A DNA stretch of 64,000 nucleotides from Laetmonice hystrix (taxonomy: Eukaryota), in NCBI GenBank assembly GCA_965235115.1, contig OZ249436.1, positions 53,260,001-53,324,000 on the forward strand, written 5' to 3'. Under the pieces are notes generated by a model. The model was not told where the DNA came from, did no database searches, and saw only the letters and a list, made by a program, of their open reading frames with translations. The position numbers were made by a program, and so were the translations under genes. Shown here in pieces: positions 52,937 to 64,000 of the stretch (its first letter is position 1; each line of letters opens with the position of its first letter).

Positions 52937-55900
52937 ACACTTCCCATTTCAGTATCTTCTCCAGATTTTAACATTAGATGCTCCTCGCCTGTACCTTTCA
53001 TTTCCAGTACCTCACTGTAGTGTTTGCATGGCTACTATAGGCAAGCCGGTATGTAGGGACTTCACACTCTACTGGTTGGCCTCCCACACTGCTTGGCCCC
53101 ACAGTGTACTGTTTGGCCTCAGTGTACTCTTTGGCCTCACTGTAGTGTTCGCTTGGGTGCTAGGCTAGCCAGTATACCTTGTAGCAATTCCTCCCTGTAT
53201 TGTTTGGCCTCCCTGTACCGTTTGCTTCTATACAAGAGTAGCCAGTAGTATAGGGACGCCTCATGTTTCATGTTTCCATGCCTTTATTGTCCAGGAGGCA
53301 GGCCATACGTTTCGTCTATCATCGACTCCCATCTAATCTGTGTCCCCTACAGACCATCTGTAAGCGTCCGACAACGTTGTCAGGTGAATCTTCCCAATGA
53401 CTGTTTGCCGTAAAGGTTTAGTTAAAAATGGCAAATGACGTTGTACGCCTTTTCTATATCAGATATCCCATCCCCAAGTAACAAACAAAGAAAGGTTACA
53501 CAGAGGTGTTACAGGCAAAAACACCAGGGTGCAGCGGCGCTGACTGCACTGCCGCCTTCCGGCCAGCGGTGAAATCATCACCTGTGGCTCTTAGGCGAGA
53601 TACAGGTTAAAGCAATGATAAGGGCAAAGTGGCTACATTTTTTATACGTAAAATTGAAACTACGCTCCCCCTCCAAAAAAAAAAATTATGATTCTTAGGC
53701 CAGATGTATAACTGTCAAACGTATAGGTCTCGTACGTTCGCTACAGATATATGGTTGTGATGTGTACACTTCCCATTTCAGTATCTTCTCCAGATTTTAA
53801 CATTAGATGCTCCTTGCCTGTACCTTTCATTTCCAGTACCTCACTGTAGTGTTTGCATGGCTACTATAGGCCAGCCGGTAAGATGTAAGGACTTTTCACT
53901 CTACTGGTTGGCCTCCCACACTGTTCGGCCCCACAGTGTACTGTTTGGCCTCAGTGTACTCTTTGGCCTCACTGTAGTGTTCGCTTGGGTGCTAGGCCAG
54001 CCAGTATACCTTGTAGCAATTCCTCCCTGTATTGTTTGGCCTCCCTGTACCGTTTGCTTGTATACAAGAGTAGCCAGTAGTATAGGGACGCCTCATGTTT
54101 CATGTTTCCATGCCTTTATTGTCCAGGAGGCAGGCCATACGTTTCGTCTATCATCTACTCCCATCTAATCTGTGTCCCCTACAGACCATCTGTAAGCGTC
54201 CGACAACGTTGTCAGGTCGTCCCAATGACTGTTTGCCGCAAAGGTTTAGTTAACAATGGCAAATGACGTTGTATGCCTTTTCTATATCAGATATCCCATC
54301 CCCAAGTAACAAACAAACAATGAAAGGTTACACACAAGTGTTGCTGGCAGAAAACACCAGGGTGCAGCGCAGCTCCACTGAAGCGGCGGCGGCGGCGCTG
54401 ACTGCACTGCCGCCTTCCGGCCAGCGGTGGAATCACCACCTACACCTGGCCGGGCTGGCTGGCACCTGTGGCTCTTAGGCGAGAGACAGGTTAAAGCAAT
54501 GATAAGCGCAAAATGGCTACATTTTTGATACGTCAAATTGAAACTACGCCCCCAAAAATTATGATTCTTAGGCCAGATGTATAACTGTCGAACGTATAGG
54601 TCTCGTACGTTCGCTACAGATATATGGTTGTGATGTGTACACTTCCCATTTGAGTAGCTTCTCCATATTTTAACATTAGATGCTCCTCGCCTGTAGCTTT
54701 CATTTCCATTACCTCACTGTAGTGTTTGCATGGCTACTATAGGCCAGCCAGTATGTAGGGACTTCTCACTCTACTGGTTGGCCTCCCACACTGCTTGGCC
54801 CCACAGTGTACTGTTTGGCCTCAGTGTACTCTTTGGCCTCACTGTAGTGTTCGCTTGGGTGCTAGGCTAGCCAGTATACCTTGTAGCAATTCCTCCCTGT
54901 ATTGTTTGGCCTCCCTGTACCGTTTGCTTCTATACAAGAGTAGCCAGTAGTATAGGGACGCCTCATGTTTCATGTTTCCATGCCTTTATTGTCCAGGAGG
55001 CAGGCCATACGTTTCGTCTATCATCGACTCCCATCTAATCTGTGTCCCCTACAGACCATCTGTAAGCGTCCGACAACGTTGTCAGGTGAATCTTCCCAAT
55101 GACTGTTTGCCGTAAAGGTTTAGTTAACAATGGCAAATGACGTTGTACGCCTTTTCTATATCAGATATCCCATCCCCAAGTAACAAACAAACAAAGAAAG
55201 GTTACACAGAGGTGTTGCAGGCAGAAAACACCTGTGGCTCTTAGGCGAGATACAGGTTAAAGCAATGATCAGTGCATAATGGCTACTTTTTTGATACATC
55301 AAATTGATGCTACGCCCCCCCCCAAAAAAAAATTTATGATTCTTAGGCCAGATGTATAACTGTCAAACGTATTGGTCTCGTACGTTCGCTACAGATATAT
55401 GGTTGTGATGTGTGCACTTCCCATTTCAGTATCTTCTCCAGATTTTAACATTAGATGCTCCTCGCCTGTACCTTTCATTTCCAGTACCTCACTGTAGTGT
55501 TTGCATGGCTACTATAGGCCAGCCGGTAAGATGTAAGGAGTTCTCACTCTACTGGTTGGCCTCCCACACTGTTTGGCCCCACAGTGTACTGTTTGGCCTC
55601 ACTGTACTCTTTGGCCTCACTGTAGTGTTCGCTTGGGTGCTAGGCCAGCCAGTATACCTTGTAGCAATTCCTCCCTGTATTGGTTGGCCTCCCTGTACCG
55701 TTTGCTTCTATTCAAGAGTAGCCAGTAGTATAGGGACGCCTCCTGTTTCATGTTTCCAGGCCTTTATTGTCCAGGAGGCAGGCCATACGTTTCGTCTATC
55801 ATCTACTCCCATCTAATCTGTGTCCCCTACAGACGATCTGTAAGCGTCCGACAATGTTGTCAGGTGAATCTTCCCAATGACTGTTTGCCGTAAAGGTTTA

Positions 55901-58900
55901 GTTAAAAATGGCAAATGACGTTGTACGCCTTTTCTATATCAGATATCCCATCCCCAAGTAACAAACAAAGAAAGGTTACACAGAGGTGTTACAGGCAGAA
56001 AACACCAGGGTGCAGCGGCGCTGACTGCACTGCCGCCTTCCGGCCAGCGGTGAAATCATCACCTGTGGCTCTTAGGCGAGATACAGGTTAAAGCAATGAT
56101 AAGGGCAAAGTGGCTACATTTTTTATACGTAAAATTGAAACTACGCTCCCCCTCCAAAAAAAAAATTATGATTCTTAGGCCAGATGTATAACTGTCAAAC
56201 GTATAGGTCTCGTACGTTCGCTACAGATATATGGTTGTGATGTGTACACTTCCCATTTCAGTATCTTCTCCAGATTTTAACATTAGATGCTCCTTGCCTG
56301 TACCTTTCATTTCCAGTACCTCACTGTAGTGTTTGCATGGCTACTATAGGCCAGCCGGTAAGATGTAAGGACTTTTCACTCTACTGGTTGGCCTCCCACA
56401 CTGTTCGGCCCCACAGTGTACTGTTTGGCCTCAGTGTACTCTTTGGCCTCACTGTAGTGTTCGCTTGGGTGCTAGGCCAGCCAGTATACCTTGTAGCAAT
56501 TCCTCCCTGTATTGTTTGGCCTCCCTGTACCGTTTGCTTGTATACAAGAGTAGCCAGTAGTATAGGGACGCCTCATGTTTCATGTTTCCATGCCTTTATT
56601 GTCCAGGAGGCAGGCCATACGTTTCGTCTATCATCTACTCCCATCTAATCTGTGTCCCCTACAGACCATCTGTAAGCGTCCGACAACGTTGTCAGGTCGT
56701 CCCAATGACTGTTTGCCGCAAAGGTTTAGTTAACAATGGCAAATGACGTTGTACGCCTTTTCTATATCAGATATCCCATCCCCAAGTAACAAACAAACAA
56801 AGAAAGGTTACACAGAGGTGTTGCAGGCAGAAAACACCAGGGTGCAGCGGCGCTGACTGCACTGCCGCCTTCCGGCCAGCGGTGGAATCATCACCTGTGG
56901 CTCTTAGGCGAGATACAGGTTAAAGCAATGATCAGCGCATAATGGCTACTTTTTTGATACATCAAATTGATGCTACGCCCCCCCCCCCAAAAAAAAATTA
57001 TGATTCTTAGGCCAGATGTATAACTGTCAAACGTATAGGTCTCGTACGTTCGCTACAGATATATGGTTGTGATGTGTACACTTCCCATTTCAGTATCTTC
57101 TCCAGATTTTAACATTAGATGCTCCTCGCTTGTACCTTTCATTTCCAGTACCTCACTGTAGTGTTTGCATGGCTACTATAGGCCAGCCGGTAAGATGTAA
57201 GGACTTCTCACTCTACTGGTTGGCCTCCCACACTGTTTGGCCCCACAGTGTACTGTTTGGCCTTAGTGTACTCTTTGGCCTCACTGTAGTGTTCGCTTGG
57301 GTGCTAGGCCAGCCAGTATACCTTGTAGCAATTCCTCCCTGTATTGTTTGGCCTCCCTGTACCGTTTGCTTCTATACAAGAGTAGCCAGTAGTATAGGGA
57401 CGCCTCCTGTTTCATGTTTTCATGCCTTTATTGTCCAGGAGGCAGGCCATACGTTTCGTCTATCATCTACTCCCACCTAATCTGTGTCCCCTACAGACCA
57501 TCTGTAAGCGTCCGACAACGTTGTCAGATGAATCTTCCCAATGACTGTTTGCCGTAAAGGTTTAGTTAACAATGGCAAATGATGTTGTACGCCTTTTCTA
57601 TATCAGATATCCCATCCCGAAGTAACAAACAAACAAAGAAAGGTCACACAGAGGTGTTGCAGGCAGAAAACACCAGGGTGCAGCGTCGCTGACTGCACTG
57701 CCGCCTTCCGGCCAGCGGTGGAATCATCACCTGTGGCTCTTAGGCGAGATACAGGTTAAAGCAATGATAAGCGCATAATGGCTACTTTTTTGATACATCA
57801 AATTGAAGCTACGCCCCCCCCCAACAAAAATTATGATTCTTAGGCCAGATGTATAACTGTCAAACGTATAGGTCTCGTACGTTCGCTACAGATATATGGT
57901 TGTGATGTGTGCACTTCCCATTTCAGTATCTTCTCCAGATTTTAACATTAGATGCTCCTCGCCTGTACCTTTCATTTCCAGTACCTCACTGTAGTGTTTG
58001 CATGGCTACTATAGGCCAGCCGGTAAGATGTAAGGAGTTCTCACTCTACTGGTTGGCCTCCCACACTGTTTGGCCCCACAGTGTACTGTTTGGCCTCAGT
58101 GTACTCTTTGGCCTCACTGTAGTGTTCGCTTGGGTGCTAGGCCAGCCAGTATACCTTGTAGCAATTCCTCCCTGTATTGGTTGGCCTCCCTGTACCGTTT
58201 GCTTCTATTCAAGAGTAGCCAGTAGTATAGGGACGCCTCCTGTTTCATGTTTCCAGGCCTTTATTGTCCAGGAGGCAGGCCATACGTTTCGTCTATCATC
58301 TACTCCCATCTAATCTGTGTCCCCTACAGACGATCTGTAAGCGTCCGACAATGTTGTCAGGTGAATCTTCCCAATGACTGTTGGCCGTAAAGGTTTAGTT
58401 AAAAATGGCAAATGACGTTGTACGCCTTTTCTATATCAGATATCCCATCCCCAAGTAACAAACAAAGAAAGGTTACACAGAGGTGTTACAGGCAGAAAAC
58501 ACCAGGGTGCAGCGGCGCTGACTGCACTGCCGCCTTCCGGCCAGCGGTGAAATCATCACCTGTGGCTCTTAGGCGAGATACAGGTTAAAGCAATGATAAG
58601 GGCAAAGTGGCTACATTTTTTATACGTAAAATTGAAACTACGCTCCCCCTCCAAAAAAAAAATTATGATTCTTAGGCCAGATGTATAACTGTCAAACGTA
58701 TAGGTCTCGTACGTTCGCTACAGATATATGGTTGTGATGTGTACACTTCCCATTTCAGTATCTTCTCCAGATTTTAACATTAGATGCTCCTTGCCTGTAC
58801 CTTTCATTTCCAGTACCTCACTGTAGTGTTTGCATGGCTACTATAGGCCAGCCGGTAAGATGTAAGGACTTTTCACTCTACTGGTTGGCCTCCCACACTG

Positions 58901-61900
58901 TTCGGCCCCACAGTGTACTGTTTGGCCTCAGTGTACTCTTTGGCCTCACTGTAGTGTTCGCTTGGGTGCTAGGCCAGCCAGTATACCTTGTAGCAATTCC
59001 TCCCTGTATTGTTTGGCCTCCCTGTACCGTTTGCTTGTATACAAGAGTAGCCAGTAGTATAGGGACGCCTCATGTTTCATGTTTCCATGCCTTTATTGTC
59101 CAGGAGGCAGGCCATACGTTTCGTCTATCATCTACTCCCATCTAATCTGTGTCCCCTACAGACCATCTGTAAGCGTCCGACAACGTTGTCAGGTCGTCCC
59201 AATGACTGTTTGCCGCAAAGGTTTAGTTAACAATGGCAAATGACGTTGTATGCCTTTTCTATATCAGATATCCCATCCCCAAGTAACAAACAAACAATGA
59301 AAGGTTACACACAAGTGTTGCTGGCAGAAAACACCAGGGTGCAGCGCAGCTCCACTGAAGCGGCGGCGGCGGCGCTGACTGCACTGCCGCCTTCCGGCCA
59401 GCGGTGGAATCACCACCTACACCTGGCCGGGCTGGCTGGCACCTGTGGCTCTTAGGCGAGAGACAGGTTAAAGCAATGATAAGCGCAAAATGGCTACATT
59501 TTTGATACGTCAAATTGAAACTACGCCCCCAAAAATTATGATTCTTAGGCCAGATGTATAACTGTCGAACGTATAGGTCTCGTACGTTCGCTACAGATAT
59601 ATGGTTGTGATGTGTACACTTCCCATTTGAGTAGCTTCTCCATATTTTAACATTAGATGCTCCTCGCCTGTAGCTTTCATTTCCATTACCTCACTGTAGT
59701 GTTTGCATGGCTACTATAGGCCAGCCAGTATGTAGGGACTTCTCACTCTACTGGTTGGCCTCCCACACTGCTTGGCCCCACAGTGTACTGTTTGGCCTCA
59801 GTGTACTCTTTGGCCTCACTGTAGTGTTCGCTTGGGTGCTAGGCCAGCCAGTATACCTTGTAGCAATTCCTCCCTGTATTGTTTGGCCTCCCTGTACCGT
59901 TTGCTTCTATACAAGAGTAGCCAGTAGTATAGGGACGCCTCATGTTTCATGTTTCCATGCCTTTATTGTCCAGGAGGCAGGCCATACGTTTCGTCTATCA
60001 TCGACTCCCATCTAATCTGTGTCCCCTACAGACCATCTGTAAGCGTCCGACAACGTTGTCAGGTGAATCTTCCCAATGACTGTTTGCCGTAAAGGTTTAG
60101 TTAAAAATGGCAAATGACGTTGTACGCCTTTTCTATATCAGATATCCCATCCCCAAGTAACAAACAAAGAAAGGTTACACAGAGGTGTTACAGGCAGAAA
60201 ACACCAGGGTGCAGCGGCGCTGACTGCACTGCCGCCTTCCGGCCAGCGGTGAAATCATCACCTGTGGCTCTTAGGCGAGATACAGGTTAAAGCAATGATA
60301 AGGGCAAAGTGGCTACATTTTTTATACGTAAAATTGAAACTACGCTCCCCCTCAAAAAAAAAAATTATGATTCTTAGGCCAGATGTATAACTGTCAAACG
60401 TATAGGTCTCGTACGTTCGCTACAGATATATGGTTGTGATGTGTACACTTCCCATTTCAGTATCTTCTCCAGATTTTAACATTAGATGCTCCTTGCCTGT
60501 ACCTTTCATTTCCAGTACCTCACTGTAGTGTTTGCATGGCTACTATAGGCCAGCCGGTAAGATGTAAGGACTTCTCACTCTACTGGTTGGCCTCCCACAC
60601 TGTTCGGCCCCACAGTGTACTGTTTGGCCTCGGTGTACTGTTTCGCCTCACTGTAGTGTTCGCTTGGGTGCTAGGCCAGCCAGTATACCTTGTAGCAATT
60701 CCTCCCTGTATTGTTTGGCCTCCCTGTACCGTTTGCTTGTATACAAGAGTAGCCAGTAGTATAGGGACGCCTCATGTTTCATGTTTCCATGCCTTTATTG
60801 TCCAGGAGGCAGGCCATACGTTTCGTCTATCATCTACTCCCACCTAATCTGTGTCCCCTACAGACCATCTGTAAGCGTCCGACAACGTTGTCAGGTGAAT
60901 CTTCCCAATGACTGTTTGCCGTAAAGGTTTAGTTAACAATGGCAAATGACGTTGTACGCCTTTTCTATATCAGATATCCCATCCCCAAGTAACAAACAAA
61001 CAAAGAAAGGTTACACAGAGGTGTTGCAGGCAGAAAACACCAGGGTGCAGCCGCGCTGACTGCACTGCCGCCTTCCGGCGAGCGGTGGAATCATCACCTG
61101 TGGCTCTTAGGCGAGATACAGGTTAAAGCAATGATCAGCGCATAATGGCTACTTTTTTGATACATCAAATTGATGCTACGCCCCCCCCCCCAAAAAAAAA
61201 ATTATGATTCTTAGGCCAGATGTATAACTGTCAAACGTATAGGTCTCGTACGTTCGCTACAGATATATGGTTGTGATGTGTACACTTCCCATTTCAGTAT
61301 CTTCTCCAGATTTTAACATTAGATGCTCCTCGCCTGTACCTTTCATTTCCAGTACCTCACTGTAGTGTTTGCATGGCTACTATAGGCAAGCCGGTATGTA
61401 GGGACTTCACACTCTACTGGTTGGCCTCCCACACTGCTTGGCCCCACAGTGTACTGTTTGGCCTCAGTGTACTCTTTGGCCTCACTGTAGTGTTCGCTTG
61501 GGTGCTTGGCCAGCCAGTATACCTTGTAGCAATTCCTCCCTGTATTGTTTGGCCTCCCTGTACCGTTTGCTTCTATACAAGAGTAGCCAGTAGTATAGGG
61601 ACGCCTCATGTTTCATGTTTCCATGCCTTTATTGTCCAGGAGGCAGGCCATACGTTTCGTCTATCATCGACTCCCATCTAATCTGTGTCCCCTACAGACC
61701 ATCTGTAAGCGTCCGACAACGTTGTCAGGTGAATCTTCCCAATGACTGTTTGCCGTAAAGGTTTAGTTAAAAATGGCAAATGACGTTGTACGCCTTTTCT
61801 ATATCAGATATCCCATCCCCAAGTAACAAACAAAGAAAGGTTACACAGAGGTGTTACAGGCAGAAAACACCAGGGTGCAGCGGCGCTGACTGCACTGCCG

Positions 61901-64000
61901 CCTTCCGGCCAGCGGTGAAATCATCACCTGTGGCTCTTAGGCGAGATACAGGTTAAAGCAATGATAAGGGCAAAGTGGCTACATTTTTTATACGTAAAAT
62001 TGAAACTACGCTCCCCCTCCAAAAAAAAAAATTATGATTCTTAGGCCAGATGTATAACTGTCAAACGTATAGGTCTCGTACGTTCGCTACAGATATATGG
62101 TTGTGATGTGTACACTTCCCATTTCAGTATCTTCTCCAGATTTTAACATTAGATGCTCCTTGCCTGTACCTTTCATTTCCAGTGCCTCACTGTAGTGTTT
62201 GCATGGCTACTATAGGCCAGCCGGTAAGATGTAAGGACTTCTCACTCTACTGGTTGGCCTCCCACACTGTTCGGCCCCACAGTGTACTGTTTGGCCTCAG
62301 TGTACTCTTTCGCCTCACTGTAGTGTTCGCTTGGGTGCTAGGCCAGCCAGTATACCTTGTAGCAATTCCTCCCTGTATTGTTTGGCCTCCCTGTACCGTT
62401 TGCTTGTATACAAGAGTAGCCAGTAGTATAGGGACGCCTCATGTTTCATGTTTCCATGCCTTTATTGTCCAGGAGGCAGGCCATACGTTTCGTCTATCAT
62501 CTACTCCCACCTAATCTGTGTCCCCTACAGACCATCTGTAAGCGTCCGACAACGTTGTCAGGTGAATCTTCCCAATGACTGTTTGCCGTAAAGGTTTAGT
62601 TAACAATGGCAAATGACGTTGTACGCCTTTTCTATATCAGATATCCCATCCCCAAGTAACAAACAAACAAAGAAAGGTTACACAGAGGTGTTGCAGGCAG
62701 AAAACACCAGGATGCAGCGGCGCTGACTGCACTGCCGCCTTCCGGCCAGCGGTGGAATCATCACCTGTGGCTCTTAGGCGAGATACAGGTTAAAGCAATG
62801 ATAAGGGCAAAGTGGCTACATTTTTTATACGTAAAATTGAAACTACGCTCCCCCTCCAAAAAAAAAATTATGATTCTTAGGCCAGATGTATAACTGTCAA
62901 ACGTATAGGTCTCGTACGTTCGCTACAGATATATGGTTGTGATGTGTACACTTCCCATTTCAGTATCTTCTCCAGATTTTAACATTAGATGCTCCTTGCC
63001 TGTACCTTTCATTTCCAGTACCTCACTGTAGTGTTTGCATGGCTACTATAGGCCAGCCGGTAAGATGTAAGGACTTTTCACTCTACTGGTTGGCCTCCCA
63101 CACTGTTCGGCCCCACAGTGTACTGTTTGGCCTCAGTGTACTCTTTGGCCTCACTGTAGTGTTCGCTTGGGTGCTAGGCCAGCCAGTATACCTTGTAGCA
63201 ATTCCTCCCTGTATTGTTTGGCCTCCCTGTACCGTTTGCTTGTATACAAGAGTAGCCAGTAGTATAGGGACGCCTCATGTTTCATGTTTCCATGCCTTTA
63301 TTGTCCAGGAGGCAGGCCATACGTTTCGTCTATCATCTACTCCCATCTAATCTGTGTCCCCTACAGACCATCTGTAAGCGTCCGACAACGTTGTCAGGTC
63401 GTCCCAATGACTGTTTGCCGCAAAGGTTTAGTTAACAATGGCAAATGACGTTGTATGCCTTTTCTATATCAGATATCCCATCCCCAAGTAACAAACAAAG
63501 AAAGGTTACACAGAGGTGTTACAGGCAGAAAACACCAGGGTGCAGCGGCGCTGACTGCACTGCCGCCTTCCGGCCAGCGGTGAAATCATCACCTGTGGCT
63601 CTTAGGCGAGATACAGGTTAAAGCAATGATAAGGGCAAAGTGGCTACATTTTTTATACGTAAAATTGAAACTACGCTCCCCCTCCAAAAAAAAAAATTAT
63701 GATTCTTAGGCCAGATGTATAACTGTCAAACGTATAGGTCTCGTACGTTCGCTACAGATATATGGTTGTGATGTGTACACTTCCCATTTCAGTATCTTCT
63801 CCAGATTTTAACATTAGATGCTCCTTGCCTGTACCTTTCATTTCCAGTACCTCACTGTAGTGTTTGCATGGCTACTATAGGCCAGCCGGTAAGATGTAAG
63901 GACTTCTCACTCTACTGGTTGGCCTCCCACACTGTTCGGCCCCACAGTGTACTGTTTGGCCTCAGTGTACTCTTTCGCCTCACTGTAGTGTTCGCTTGGG

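Larger units (their letters stand above)
3122..64000. repeat. Tandem satellite/macrosatellite array, ~830-840 bp monomer, about 81 head-to-tail units, continuing past the right edge
   Basis: The anchor GTTTGCATGGCTACTATAGGC recurs at a ~832-840 bp spacing (ORF-track starts 3214, 4046, 4877; 6068, 6901, 7741, 8571; ... 62203, 63039, 63868). All units share one orientation and differ by scattered SNPs, a variable C/A tract and a few recurrent indels. Confidence 0.99.

Noticed and set aside
4847..61609. Minus-strand and secondary satellite ORFs (MRRPYTT..., MANDVVR..., MTYQKCS...)
   Set aside because: They appear only when single SNPs remove a stop, overlap other spurious ORFs and show no recognisable homology.
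3214..63350. Repeated 88-134 aa ORF (MATIGQPVRC...RLSSTPT) as a tandem gene family or small membrane protein
   Set aside because: It is the satellite's subrepeat region read in one frame. The hydrophobic VLFGL repeats come from the TTTGGCCTC DNA repeat. Copies carry premature stops (e.g. about 7195 and the GGCTAG units at about 40.2, 46.4, 50.7, 53.2 and 54.9 kb) or lose the ATG (37542, 43774), many variants change amino acids, and no domain is recognisable.
3122..64000. CENP-B box or definite centromere call
   Set aside because: The TTCG-containing sites (GTTCGCTTGG, TTTCGTCTAT, GTTCGCTAC) lack the TTCG-N4-A-N2-CGGG pattern, and centromere identity cannot be read from sequence alone.

Overview
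This window is eukaryotic-type, essentially non-coding repetitive DNA. From 3122 to 64000 it is one head-to-tail tandem array of a ~830-840 bp satellite monomer. I count about 81 units, including 13 copies of a 354-bp deletion derivative and 5 copies of a ~873-bp long variant, arranged in irregular higher-order blocks. A more degraded monomer lies at 1-737. Between them (738-3121) a ~2.4-kb DNA transposon is inserted into one monomer at a TA site. It has terminal inverted repeats and many subterminal motifs. It also has a decayed coding remnant whose ITSSP-lysine-rich segment and terminal half-PHD finger resemble the C-terminus of pogo/Fot1-like transposases, plus a probable nested MITE. Almost every ORF in the track is the same repeated satellite frame, and none is called a gene. 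The most unusual signal is a class of TA-duplicating micro-insertions (TA-GGCC-TA, TA-GATC-TA, TA-GACTC-TA, TA-GGGCC-TA, TA-GGCCC-TA). Several can be shown to be insertions by comparing with sister monomers that lack them. They are dense in the non-homogenised DNA at 1-2400, stack into palindromes, and match the GGG...CCC termini of the resident transposon, which suggests serial excision footprints. No prokaryotic genes, CRISPR arrays, tRNA or rRNA genes were recognised, and the taxon cannot be determined from the sequence.
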